From the NCBI GenBank assembly GCA_963713855.1, contig OY970209.1, positions 416,001 through 480,000 on the forward strand: DNA of 64,000 bases. Direction: 5' to 3'. Of this stretch, positions 1-9,503 are shown piece by piece (position 1 is the first letter of the stretch; each line of letters begins with the position of its first letter). Both the position numbers and the translations under genes were made by a program. Below the pieces are notes generated by a model, which did no database searches, was not told the origin of the DNA, and saw only the letters and a program-made list of their open reading frames with translations. The DNA is from an uncultured bacterium (GTDB lineage: Bacteria > Babelota > Babeliae > Babelales > Babelaceae).

Positions 1-67
1 GTTTATCGTTATCGGTAAGGGCAATCCGTGTTTGCCAAAGATTGTCGTTAATTAAAATTTTTTTCAT
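1..67 (-). CDS. N-terminus of a probable ribonuclease E/G family protein (continues beyond the left edge)
   Basis: Manual translation from ATG at 67: MKKILINDNLWQTRIALTDNDK, resembling the Rne/Rng N-terminal 'ILIN...TRVA' pattern; only 22 codons visible. Confidence 0.6.
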   Translation of the reverse strand, partial: MKKILINDNLWQTRIALTDNDK

Positions 68-217
68 AATCTGTCAGATGTTATCGCATTGCAAATTTGT
101 ATTCGTATACTACTAGCATACCGTATATCTACCACAATAAGTAGAAAATTAAAAAAAATTGTGTTAAAGTGCCTCATGCATAAGAATGTCTACCCCAACC
201 ATACCGGAGATAGTTGC

Positions 218-928
218 ATGGAAAAAAGATTTCTTCTGGCCGGGTTAGCAATGTTAGCTATTCCTGGTTGTGGATGCCGCAATGAAAGAGGTCATGTAAG
301 GCACATAATCTGCAAGGAAGAGCCAGCCTGTATCGAAACCTGTGCTAGACCAGACTCGTTGGAACAAAATGTAATGCCGGATCGAAAGTCACAAAGGTCT
401 CAACCTGCCTCAGGTGAAGATATTGAAGGATTTGCATTTGAAGAGCCTGGCAACACTTTTAAGCTCCTCGATGAAACGGGTACTGCCCCAATGCCTGGTA
501 CTCCAGAAGAACGCGAAGCGTGGTTTGATGAAAGAGCTGAGGCTGCTCAGAAACACGGCTTTAAAACAATCTACTTTGGCTTTGCTGAGCACAATCTTCG
601 AAAAGACCAAGAAGAAGCGCTCGAGCAAAATCTTAAAAAGATACATGCGGCCACAAAAAAAGGAACAGTCTTAGTTGAGGGCCATGCTTGTAGCTTTGGT
701 GGTAATCGCGAGTATAATATACACCTTTCGCATGAGCGAGCAAAGGCAGTTAAGGATTTCCTCGTTGAGCGCGGTATACCTGAAGAAAAGCTTAAAGTGG
801 TTGGTAGGGGCAACGACATGAAAATTGTTCGTGAAGGTGATTGCGAACAGCAAGCACCAAACCGTCGCGTTGAGTTTCATCTGTTAGGAGAGGGCCAAAA
901 AGAGCCTATGGCTCAAGAGCCAGCTTAA
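218..928 (+). CDS. OmpA/Pal-family peptidoglycan-associated lipoprotein
   Basis: Start moved to ATG 218 (GGAG upstream); lipobox-like IPG-C; OmpA-C motifs TIYF, VEGHA, YNxxLSxxRAxAV, NRRVEF. Confidence 0.88.
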   Translation: MEKRFLLAGLAMLAIPGCGCRNERGHVRHIICKEEPACIETCARPDSLEQNVMPDRKSQRSQPASGEDIEGFAFEEPGNTFKLLDETGTAPMPGTPEEREAWFDERAEAAQKHGFKTIYFGFAEHNLRKDQEEALEQNLKKIHAATKKGTVLVEGHACSFGGNREYNIHLSHERAKAVKDFLVERGIPEEKLKVVGRGNDMKIVREGDCEQQAPNRRVEFHLLGEGQKEPMAQEPA

Positions 929-933
929 TAGCA

Positions 934-2049
934 TTGCTTACCATGTTTAGCACTTATAAAAAAAACAGAAGGAGAGCGTCAAAGCTCTCCTTCTGTTTTT
1001 TGAGTATATGCGCTGGTTTTTCTCAACTATTTCCCGGCGATTTTGCTAGTGCATTGAGAAAAAAAATCAAAAGAGACCCTCCGCCCTGGATGAGTGCGCA
1101 AATAGATACCGATTTAAGGCACTATAAAACTGGTATTACAAGAGCCGATATAGATGCTACCAAGTCTTCAATTATGTCTTATGCTCGTTGCAAGATAGGA
1201 GATAAGGGGATAACGATAGAAAGCAATGCCAAAAACGGTATTTCGCGCAATCGGCTAGATTTATTAAAAAGGGTCTTGCATAAGCTTCATAGGGCAGTAA
1301 AGCTTCCCAAACTCGATTTTTTAGTTGATCTTTTTGATGCGAGCGGATGTAAGGTAAAAAGAGCACCCGTTTTTTGTATCAGCAAGCATACCGACGATAC
1401 GCATGTAGTTCTAATGCCAGATTTCATAAAGTTTATGTGGGCTTCTACCTATATAAGTGACGTTTATCGGGGCAATAAGAGCTTTTCTTGGCATAGTAAA
1501 AAGCCACAAGCCTTGTGGCGGGGTTCGACGACTGGAGCGTTGGTTGATCATACGGATTTTGAACGTTTAAATCGTTCTAAATTGGTAGCACTTTCTCTTG
1601 AACATCCTAACCAGCTTAATGCACGTTTTTCTACAGTAACAAGGAATGATCGAAGGCTTGAAAAAATACTTAGGCAAAGGGGCATGTATAGCGATCATCT
1701 TTCTATGGCAGATCATCTTAAATATAAATATATACTCGCAGTTGACGGTAATACGTGGGCAAGTTCATATTTTTGGCAACTTTTTGGCAATTCTCTCATC
1801 TTAAAACAAGCCTCACCTTTTTCAGAGTGGTACCACGCAGCACTTAAAGCCTATACGCACTACGTGCCCTTTAATCGTGACCTGTCTGATCTTATAGAAC
1901 GTATTTCTTGGGCAAAAAAGAATGATAGAAAAGTGCGAGAGATAGTAAGGCAGGCTAACAACTTTGCTCGCTCGTATCTTAAAGAAGTAGATCTCTATTA
2001 CTATTTCTATCTGGCTCTGCGTGAGTACGAAAAGTTGCAGCGTTTCTAG
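934..2049 (+). CDS. Glycosyltransferase family 90 (CAP10/POGLUT-like)
   Basis: Motifs WRGSTTG, KYKYILAVDGN, EWYHAALKAYTHYVP, WAKKND; basic then hydrophobic N-terminus; paralog of 19850-20992; exact start uncertain. Confidence 0.82.
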   Translation: MLTMFSTYKKNRRRASKLSFCFLSICAGFSQLFPGDFASALRKKIKRDPPPWMSAQIDTDLRHYKTGITRADIDATKSSIMSYARCKIGDKGITIESNAKNGISRNRLDLLKRVLHKLHRAVKLPKLDFLVDLFDASGCKVKRAPVFCISKHTDDTHVVLMPDFIKFMWASTYISDVYRGNKSFSWHSKKPQALWRGSTTGALVDHTDFERLNRSKLVALSLEHPNQLNARFSTVTRNDRRLEKILRQRGMYSDHLSMADHLKYKYILAVDGNTWASSYFWQLFGNSLILKQASPFSEWYHAALKAYTHYVPFNRDLSDLIERISWAKKNDRKVREIVRQANNFARSYLKEVDLYYYFYLALREYEKLQRF

Positions 2050-2081
2050 GGACTGTGCTCAAATAAAAATCAGGGAAAAAT

Positions 2082-2296
2082 ACGCCTACGCGGCTAGCGG
2101 CAGGACATTGTCCTGCACCTGTTGCTTCTTTTGCGTCTTACATAATTATTGTGTATGAGATAGACCGGTTCCGGTCTATCTCATTAGGCACATTTACCAG
2201 AAAAGGAAATCCCTTTCTGGTAAATTAAACAACCATAAAAAATTTAAGCAGGGTGTGGGTCAAGGGCGTCTGCCCTTGCGCCCGCCGCGTAGGCGT
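2082..2296. repeat. Structured dispersed element, copy 1 (terminal inverted repeats plus four internal hairpins; MITE-like or ncRNA)
   Basis: acgcctacgcggc 2082-2094 pairs with gccgcgtaggcgt 2284-2296; hairpins at 2100-2116, 2155-2184, 2192-2225 and 2261-2278; clear homolog at 14970-15265. Confidence 0.9.
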
Positions 2297-3685
2297 CTAT
2301 TTTCCTACACAAAATTCTTTAAAAACCGTGTCCAAAGCCGCTTCGCTAATACTTTTTCCCGTAAGCTCAGTGCTTATTTCAAGAGCATTTTTAAGATGTA
2401 CCGAAACAAGCTCGTAATGAATGGTTCCGGACAGTAAATCGCAGATAATTTTTAGCTGTTCATCCAGAGCGGATAGCACTCTATGGTGGCGAGCATTAAG
2501 AAGGAAGGGAAGTTCTTGAGATTCCTTAAAAAGTTTTAGAACACATTGTTCGATGTGTTTTTCTATAAGCTCGGCATCTTTTTTTTGAATGCCAGAAACC
2601 TTTATTGCTGCTAATGTTGTAAAAGGGTCTTGCTTATATTCAGCTAAATCAGCTTTATTTTGCACAAGTATGCATTTATGGGGGTATTTATCGATAAGCG
2701 ACGTATACAAGATGCGCTCTTCGACCGTTAAGGGACGCGAGCCATCAAAGACAAGGAGGATACAATCAGCCTTTTGCGCTTCCGAAAGTGAACGCTGTAC
2801 CCCTTCTTGTTCAATCACGTCTTTCGTTTGCCGAATGCCGGCAGTGTCTATGAGTGTCCAAGAAGATCCTCTTACGCTTATGGTCGCTTCAACAGTATCT
2901 CTTGTTGTTCCTGGAAATTGGCTTACGATGGATCGGTTGTGGCCGATAAGATTGTTAAAGAGTGATGATTTGCCCGCGTTTACGGAGCCGATGAAGGCTA
3001 TGCGGATACCTTGACGTATTTGCTGATGCAGGTCAAATGTTTTTTTAAGATCGTGCACTCGTGTACGTATTTTTATAAGGTGCTCGTGTATGCGTGTACC
3101 AAATTCCTCTTCCTCATCAAGAAATTCAAAGCTTGCTTCACACCACGAAAGTGCTCTTAAAAGCTCCTCTTCGCATTCACGCACCCATCGCGAAAAGCTA
3201 CCTTCGAGCTGACAAAGTGATTTTTTAAGAGCTTGCTGCGTTTGAGCATGGATAAGCTCGTTAATCGCTTCTGCTTCCAGAAGATCTAATTTGCCATTGA
3301 AAAATGCTCTTTGAGAAAACTCTCCCTCTTGGGCAGGACGCGCTCCTTGCGCGATTGCAGCATCTAAAATAGCTTCAACAATATATTGATTGTTGTGACA
3401 GGTAATCTCGACCGTGTCTTGTCCGGTAAATGTGCGGGGAGCACGCATTATCGAAAACATCACCTGATCAATTGTGTTGCCGGATGTATCTTGTATAGCC
3501 CCAAAATGAATAGTATGGCTTTCGACCTGCGTTATGCTTTTTCGGGATGCAAGCACGCCTATAGCCCCTACAATACAACAAGCATCATTGCCTGATAAGC
3601 GTATAATGGCAAGAGCCCCACTGCCTTGTGGCGTAGCTTGGGCTATGATTGTTTGGTCATCGCGGCTCTGTAGCTTGTGTATCAT
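2297..3685 (-). CDS. mnmE: tRNA modification GTPase MnmE/TrmE
   Basis: TIIAQATPQGSGALAIIRLSG, GSVNAGKSS, PGTTRD, DTAG, NKAD and C-terminal FCVGK. Confidence 0.97.
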   Translation of the reverse strand: MIHKLQSRDDQTIIAQATPQGSGALAIIRLSGNDACCIVGAIGVLASRKSITQVESHTIHFGAIQDTSGNTIDQVMFSIMRAPRTFTGQDTVEITCHNNQYIVEAILDAAIAQGARPAQEGEFSQRAFFNGKLDLLEAEAINELIHAQTQQALKKSLCQLEGSFSRWVRECEEELLRALSWCEASFEFLDEEEEFGTRIHEHLIKIRTRVHDLKKTFDLHQQIRQGIRIAFIGSVNAGKSSLFNNLIGHNRSIVSQFPGTTRDTVEATISVRGSSWTLIDTAGIRQTKDVIEQEGVQRSLSEAQKADCILLVFDGSRPLTVEERILYTSLIDKYPHKCILVQNKADLAEYKQDPFTTLAAIKVSGIQKKDAELIEKHIEQCVLKLFKESQELPFLLNARHHRVLSALDEQLKIICDLLSGTIHYELVSVHLKNALEISTELTGKSISEAALDTVFKEFCVGK

Positions 3686-4286
3686 GAGCGATGTGGGTCA
3701 GTATAATTTTGTGCCCCTTAAATCCCGCCTTAAAGGCTTGCTTAAGGCTTTCAATGATAAGTGCCGCAAAGCTTGCTAGAAGCCTTTTTTCCTGGGCCTG
3801 TTGCTCGCACAGTGGTCTATTAAACATGATCCGGAGATAAAAATTTGAAGGCTCAATAGTAAATTGCACATTGTCTAAGTGCATGATGTTAAGTGTTTGC
3901 CTGACCCAGTCTTTGACAAAAGCTATGGTGGCATCATCCCAGAGTGTTTTGCGTTCTTTCCTTTCAGTAGCTTGTTTAGGAACAGCTTTTACCGGGGAAG
4001 GTCTTCGGGCTTCTGGGTGTGGCTCCGCATGTTTTGCAGCTTCGGACTGCTTCTGGTCTGCAGGTTTATGCACGGTCATTCTTTTAGGGTGCAATGCCTG
4101 GGGTTTTGATGCAGGGGTCACTTCAAAGTAAAGAGCTACCTTTGCTGATCGTATGGTAAACCCTAAGAAGTTTTTATGTGCTTCCTCTAAGACTTTTATA
4201 GTAAATTCTGCTGGTTTTCCAGCATTTTGCCAAGCTTGTTCTATTGCTTTGGCTATTGAAGAGGCTTCTTGCATAACAGATTTCAT
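3657..4286 (-). CDS. jag: Jag/KhpB (EloR)-like protein: Jag_N domain plus a degenerate KH-like region, no R3H domain
   Basis: SIAKAIEQA...IKVLEEAHKNFLGFTIRSAKV is Jag_N-like; canonical position directly upstream of mnmE. Confidence 0.75.
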   Translation of the reverse strand: MKSVMQEASSIAKAIEQAWQNAGKPAEFTIKVLEEAHKNFLGFTIRSAKVALYFEVTPASKPQALHPKRMTVHKPADQKQSEAAKHAEPHPEARRPSPVKAVPKQATERKERKTLWDDATIAFVKDWVRQTLNIMHLDNVQFTIEPSNFYLRIMFNRPLCEQQAQEKRLLASFAALIIESLKQAFKAGFKGHKIILTHIAHDTQATEPR

Positions 4287-4383
4287 ACCTAAATATTCCT
4301 TTTATGATAGTTGCTGTAAAGGCAGAACTATAAAGCAGATAAACTGGAAAAAGACACAGGCATCAAGAAACGCTCAGTATTAC

Positions 4384-4459
4384 TGGAGCGGGAAACGGGA
4401 TTTGAACCCGCGACCTTTGCCTTGGCAAGGCAACGCTCTGCCAACTGAGCTATTCCCGC
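4384..4459 (-). tRNA. tRNA-Gly(GCC)
   Basis: Reverse complement GCGGGAATAGCTCAGTTGGCAGAGCGTTGCCTTGCCAAGGCAAAGGTCGCGGGTTCAAATCCCGTTTCCCGCTCCA; cloverleaf, anticodon GCC, encoded CCA. Confidence 0.97.
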
Positions 4460-4627
4460 AACAACATCTTAATAATAAGTAATTCTGCCATAGATGTCAA
4501 ACCGCCAAGATCGTTTAAAAGGCCCCTTGCGTGCTTAAAAACATTAAGAAATTTCAAAGCAATTCTTTGATAACTTGTACATATCGGTTAAGCTGGTGCA
4601 GTGGTATTTATTTTTGGAGAGAAAAAT

Positions 4628-5236
4628 ATGATCGCGTATGTCGCGGGAACAATTCATGAAGCTCGCATTCAAAATGACTCCGTTCTTGCTGTAACAATTG
4701 TTGCACAATCGATAGGGTTTAGCATACAAATACCATCACGCGTGCCTGTCAAAATTGGGGGACTTTTGACCCTCGAGGTGTATACCCATTACACACAGGA
4801 GCACGGTACTCTATTATTTGGGTTTCAAACTACTGATGAAAAAGCCCTTTTTTCGCTTATTTTAAGCTGTTCCGGTATCGGGCCTAAGTTAGCTCTCGGT
4901 TTAGTTAACGCTTTCACACCAAGCACCTTCAAAGGGGCAATCATGAGTAACAATATCAAGCTCTTAAGTTCTGTCGATGGTGTAGGCGCCAAAAAAGCTG
5001 AAAGCATCATCATGCAGCTCAAGGACAAGGTTTCTAAGATGGCCGTAGCCCATGAAGTCGAAAATCCAGAATTACTGCGATTTAAACAATTGCATGACGC
5101 TTTTGGTGGGCTTGGTTACTCTCGCCTCGAGATTAATGACGTGCTTGAACATTTAAAAGGCGAAGATTTTCTCTTCAAAGCCCAATTTCCAGATCTTCTA
5201 CGAAAAGGACTCGCGTTTTTGTCCTCAAGAGCTTAG
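4628..5236 (+). CDS. ruvA: Holliday junction branch migration protein RuvA
   Basis: MIAYVAG start; LFGF, SGIGPKLAL, GVGAKKAESII, LGYS motifs. Confidence 0.95.
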   Translation: MIAYVAGTIHEARIQNDSVLAVTIVAQSIGFSIQIPSRVPVKIGGLLTLEVYTHYTQEHGTLLFGFQTTDEKALFSLILSCSGIGPKLALGLVNAFTPSTFKGAIMSNNIKLLSSVDGVGAKKAESIIMQLKDKVSKMAVAHEVENPELLRFKQLHDAFGGLGYSRLEINDVLEHLKGEDFLFKAQFPDLLRKGLAFLSSRA

Positions 5237-5514
5237 CTGATCGGCTTTTTAAAGGCCTTTCGAAGCTCTACCTTGGCTTTCTCTAGCCTTTTTTTATCAG
5301 CAGCTTTGAGTTTTTTGCCCGCTCTATTGATATAGAGGTTCAACATCGACATGGCTGACTGAAACTTAGTACCCTTCGTTCGAGAACTTTCATACACAGC
5401 TTTTTTTAGACCTTTGGCTATGCCTTCCGGATCTAGTGTAAAAATGCCCTCAGGAAGGTCCATAGCATTAGATGTGCGAGCAACTCGCTGAATCCACAAT
5501 GTTTTTTTATTCAT
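5233..5514 (-). CDS. DUF3175-like small basic protein
   Basis: SNAMDLPEGIFT...FQSAMSMLNLYINRAGK...LEKAKVELRKAF matches my recollection of DUF3175. Confidence 0.75.
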   Translation of the reverse strand: MNKKTLWIQRVARTSNAMDLPEGIFTLDPEGIAKGLKKAVYESSRTKGTKFQSAMSMLNLYINRAGKKLKAADKKRLEKAKVELRKAFKKPIS

Positions 5515-5687
5515 AACTTTTCCTTTTGGCTTAGGCTTTCTTTTAATTTAAAATAGACATAATATTGAAGTAAAGTATTTTATTTTGCTATCTTATTAAA
5601 AGAAAGGTTCTTCTTGAATAGAAATGCCTTCGTATTGGGCTTTGATAGCCTTTGAAAGATCTTAGAAAGAAAAAAAAGGAGATAGTA

Positions 5688-6038
5688 ATGAAAAAATTTT
5701 TAAGTTTAGCTTTTATCGGAGCTTTATTAAGCTCAGCGTCATTAGTTCGAGCAGTCGAGTTTGTATTTCATAATGACATGGATAAAGATGTAGTGCTTCA
5801 TCCAAACTATGATTCGACTCTTTGTACTACAAATCCGTTCAGAATTAACAAAAAATCATCCTACACTTTTGATGCCGGTAAGGCTTGTTACATGGTATTA
5901 AAATCTATAGATCTAACGGTGCCTGATAATCCTCACCTAATTGGTACTATAGATGACTTACCGCACGACATTTTTGGTAGTTATTCTATAACCATCAAAG
6001 AAGAAAACAACATGCTTACGGCAACTTTCAAGAAGTAA
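5688..6038 (+). CDS. Small secreted protein, tandem paralog 1
   Basis: RBS AAGGAG; signal peptide ending VRA; two Cys; LTVPxNPxL and IxEENN motifs shared with the two neighbours. Confidence 0.85.
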   Translation: MKKFLSLAFIGALLSSASLVRAVEFVFHNDMDKDVVLHPNYDSTLCTTNPFRINKKSSYTFDAGKACYMVLKSIDLTVPDNPHLIGTIDDLPHDIFGSYSITIKEENNMLTATFKK

Positions 6039-6192
6039 TGTTTTAAGTAGTTGAGTTAGGTCTATCTAGGCACTTTTTCGTTTTATCCGACCTTGATCTC
6101 TAATTTAAAAGGTGAGTTTGTAGTGTTGGATACTTGAGGGGTGAAGATATGACGGATTTAATTGGATCTAAACATACAAAAAGGAGATGGTA

Positions 6193-6555
6193 ATGAGTAA
6201 ATATGCCTTAGGTTTAGCTTTTATCGGAACTTTATTAGGCTCAGCGTCATTCGTTCAAGCTGACGATTTTACGTTTTACAACAAAACCGATAATGATGTA
6301 ATGGTTCATCCGAACTTCAGTTCGGACTATTGTAGTAATAATGCGCCGTCATTTATGGTGCCCAAAAAATCATCGCACCATTTTGATCCAGGGCAAACAG
6401 GGTGTTACCTATTATTAACATCCATGGACCTAACGGTTCCCGGTAATCCGCATCTTGTTGGCAACGTGCATGATTTACCCCGTGGTATGTTTGGCACCTA
6501 TTTTATATCGATTACTGAAGAGAACAACGCGCTTATTGGTAGTTTTAATAAGTAA
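6193..6555 (+). CDS. Small secreted protein, tandem paralog 2
   Basis: RBS AAGGAG; signal peptide ending VQA; same conserved motifs. Confidence 0.85.
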   Translation: MSKYALGLAFIGTLLGSASFVQADDFTFYNKTDNDVMVHPNFSSDYCSNNAPSFMVPKKSSHHFDPGQTGCYLLLTSMDLTVPGNPHLVGNVHDLPRGMFGTYFISITEENNALIGSFNK

Positions 6556-6767
6556 TATTTTAAATGGCTGAGTAGGCAGCTATTCAGCCGCTTCTTACTT
6601 TTTATCGACCTAGATCTGCGGTAAATAATTTGAAAGTTCATAGTGTTTGATATTTGAGAAGTTTGGAGGAAGATGATTTTTATTTAAGCCGCTTCTTTTG
6701 GCTTACCTTTCTGTTTAGTCGAAATAGAAATAATATTGAATTAAAATGTTTAAAGAAGGAGACGGCG

Positions 6768-7142
6768 ATGAATAACTATGCATTAAGTTTAGCTTTTATT
6801 GGAGTTTTATTAAGCTCGGTGTCTTTAGTTCAAGCGCGCGATATTGTGTTTTACAACCAAACCGATAAAGACGTGAAGGTTCGTCCGACCTACGACTCGG
6901 CTCGTTCGATGCACGACTTGTTGTATTGTAGCACGGTGCCATTTATAGTACCAAAAAAATCGTGGAAAGAGTTTCATGCAGGAAGTTGTTCCCAAGATCC
7001 GAAAGCCATATTTCTAACGGTGCCCGGCAATCCTCAGCTTTCTGGCTATGTACATGATTTACCACTAAGCAATTATGGCTCCCCCTATATAACCATTAAC
7101 GAGGAAAACAACGCAATTGCAGGTTACTCTGGTGTAACCTAG
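6768..7142 (+). CDS. Small secreted protein, tandem paralog 3
   Basis: Start moved to ATG 6768 after AAGGAG; signal peptide ending VQA; same motifs. Confidence 0.85.
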   Translation: MNNYALSLAFIGVLLSSVSLVQARDIVFYNQTDKDVKVRPTYDSARSMHDLLYCSTVPFIVPKKSWKEFHAGSCSQDPKAIFLTVPGNPQLSGYVHDLPLSNYGSPYITINEENNAIAGYSGVT

Positions 7143-7159
7143 CTCCATTTTGATACCTT

Positions 7160-9367
7160 CTATCCAATAAGGGGGTGATTTTTTTGTTCATTTTCAAAAC
7201 ATTGTTGCGTGCTTAAAGCTGTCACATCTATCGCCTGTGTTAAAAGGCGTGGTGCATGTAATTCAAGGCCGAGTTGAATAATAAGATCTATAAATTCCAT
7301 TGGCCTTAGTCCCCATTCTGCAGCTTGATGAAATAAGCACGTTGCGGGTGTAAGTCCTGGAAGCGTGTTGAGTTCCAAAACGATGACACGGTCAGTTTTT
7401 GTGGGGCTCATAGCGGCCGATTGATAAAAGCAATCGATTCGCGCGTATCCGGCGCAACCTGTCACTTTATAGGTATCTTCTATTGTTTTTAATACTAGCG
7501 TTGTTGCAGTTGCCGGTATCGGTGCCGGTGTTTGGTTTTCCCCTGCACCTGGCAAAAACTTTTCTTCTATAGACAAAACACCAGCTTGCGCAACTGTCAT
7601 GCTCGGTGGTAATGCTCGGCAGATACTATTACCCACAACTCCGACACTCAGCTCCAAACCTTCAATGCACTCTTCTATTAGTACCGCATTTTTGCCCGCA
7701 CCAAACACTTCATTAATCGCTTTTTTAAGCGCTGAAGCATTGGTAACTTTTGCGACCATAACGCTGCACCCGTCATCATGCGGTTTTACAATAAGGGGGA
7801 AGGGCGGCAAGCCGTGCTTTTCGGGATCATTATGCCACTCTTTCGCTTCAATAAGTACACCCGCTGGTACAGGTATACCGTGCTCTTTTAAAACTTGTTT
7901 TGTTTTCCATTTATCCATACAAAGAGCGCTTGCAAGAACGCCTGAGCCGTTATAAGGTATGCCGAGCGTTTCCAGTAATCCTTGTATAGAGCCGTTTTCG
8001 CCATGTCCTCCGTGCAACGCTACGAATGCAAAATCGATAAGATTCGGTAAGTCTTGCCAAGAGATTTTCATTGAAGAGGTAAGCTCAGCTTCTATCTCAG
8101 CAGTTGTGTTACGCACCAGCAGTCGTTGGTCGATGCAAAACAATTCTAAGTTTGAGCTTAAGAATAGCGGGATAGCCGCATATTTTTGTGGAGAAAGCTT
8201 ATAAATCACATTCCGCCCGGAGGCAAGAGAAATTTCTTTTTCGTTTGATTGGCCGCCTAAAAGAATACCAACGCGCATTTTTTTTGCGTCTGTAATTTTA
8301 GTGTCGTGTTTTAGGTTTTCTGCATTTTTAAGCATAGTGTACGTATGTAATTCGGTGGCTATAAGGTGGTTGATAAATTGGGTATGGCTCATATTTATCT
8401 CGGCCGCTTGCAGGAATGCAAGACTTGCTGGATCCATGCCAGAAAAAGTATTTGGGTCAATAATAACGACCCGATTATCATGTGTCAAAATACCATCAAT
8501 GCGTCCCAAGTTGTGTATACTCAAGGCTGACATAACGCGAAGGCATGTGTCTTTAATACGCTGCTCGGCTTCTTTTGTGCATCGTGCCGGTGTACGTTTT
8601 AAAGTTTTACCAGGCATGTATTTCTGCTCGTAATCAAAAAAGTCAGATCCCTCATTCAGGACTATCTCAGTTGGAGGAAGCGGTAAAAGAGTTTTTTTAG
8701 CGTAATCGGTAATGACAATGCACGAAAATTCCATGCCGCGTACATATTCTTCTATAAGCACTTTTTGCTGTATTCCCGGTGTGATAGTTCGTGCTTTTAT
8801 GATAGCACTTTGTAGTTCATGTTCGTTTTTTACCACGGTTATACCTAAGCTCGATCCCTCATGGCAAGGCTTTACGATGCAGGGAAATCCAAAAGGTGGC
8901 GTAGAAATGTTTTTATCATAAGGCTCGACGATAACTGCGTTTGGAACATCGATGTTTGCAGATTTTAAAAAAGTCCGCTGCATCACTTTGTCCATGCTTA
9001 GAGCGCTTGAAAATACTTTGGATCCGAAATAGGGGATGCCAAGAATTTCAAGAAAGCCTTGTATCGATCCATCCTCCGCGTACCTTCCATGCTGAGCTAT
9101 ATACATAAAATCAATGATCTGCTTAAGTGCATCCCATGCAACCGGCTCGGCTTCAGCTTCGAGCCGATGTTCAAAGTCACTTGTTTTACCGCGGTGCAAA
9201 AAATGGATTGGCATTTTATAGAGAGTGCCCGTTTTTGTTTGAAAAAGGGGAACAACGCGATAGCACGAGGTATCAAGATGATCGCACACCGTTCTTCCAG
9301 AATTCAATGAGACTTCGCGTTCTTGAGATTTACCACCCATAAGAACGCCAATGCGTAGACTGTGCAT
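7160..9367 (-). CDS. ddl: D-alanine--D-alanine ligase family protein with two tandem Ddl domains
   Basis: Two copies of GGxSxE(R/K)E(V/I)SLxSG, HGxxxE(D/N)GSIQG, MDK, IVKP; EY/EC ATP-grasp segments; start probably MHSLRIG at 9367. Confidence 0.9.
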   Translation of the reverse strand: MHSLRIGVLMGGKSQEREVSLNSGRTVCDHLDTSCYRVVPLFQTKTGTLYKMPIHFLHRGKTSDFEHRLEAEAEPVAWDALKQIIDFMYIAQHGRYAEDGSIQGFLEILGIPYFGSKVFSSALSMDKVMQRTFLKSANIDVPNAVIVEPYDKNISTPPFGFPCIVKPCHEGSSLGITVVKNEHELQSAIIKARTITPGIQQKVLIEEYVRGMEFSCIVITDYAKKTLLPLPPTEIVLNEGSDFFDYEQKYMPGKTLKRTPARCTKEAEQRIKDTCLRVMSALSIHNLGRIDGILTHDNRVVIIDPNTFSGMDPASLAFLQAAEINMSHTQFINHLIATELHTYTMLKNAENLKHDTKITDAKKMRVGILLGGQSNEKEISLASGRNVIYKLSPQKYAAIPLFLSSNLELFCIDQRLLVRNTTAEIEAELTSSMKISWQDLPNLIDFAFVALHGGHGENGSIQGLLETLGIPYNGSGVLASALCMDKWKTKQVLKEHGIPVPAGVLIEAKEWHNDPEKHGLPPFPLIVKPHDDGCSVMVAKVTNASALKKAINEVFGAGKNAVLIEECIEGLELSVGVVGNSICRALPPSMTVAQAGVLSIEEKFLPGAGENQTPAPIPATATTLVLKTIEDTYKVTGCAGYARIDCFYQSAAMSPTKTDRVIVLELNTLPGLTPATCLFHQAAEWGLRPMEFIDLIIQLGLELHAPRLLTQAIDVTALSTQQCFENEQKNHPLIG

Positions 9368-9503
9368 GCTTATTTTTTCTTCCATGAAAGATATACTCAA
9401 AAAGTGTATCATCAACATATGTAGTGTCACAAGAAAAAACTTGTGAGTATTTGCTTCCACTTGTTACTCTATAAATCGATAAAGAACATAAGGATTTTTT
9501 GTA

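Noticed and set aside
2082..2296. Classical REP/BIME or a simple terminator as the explanation for the structured element
   Set aside because: The GTAG tetranucleotides face outward and are not followed by the palindrome, no RAYT gene is in the window, and a >200-bp four-hairpin unit conserved at two loci exceeds what a terminator needs
4384..7142. Genomic island or prophage integrated at tRNA-Gly or tmRNA
   Set aside because: No integrase or phage genes, and I saw no duplicated tRNA or tmRNA 3' end in the window
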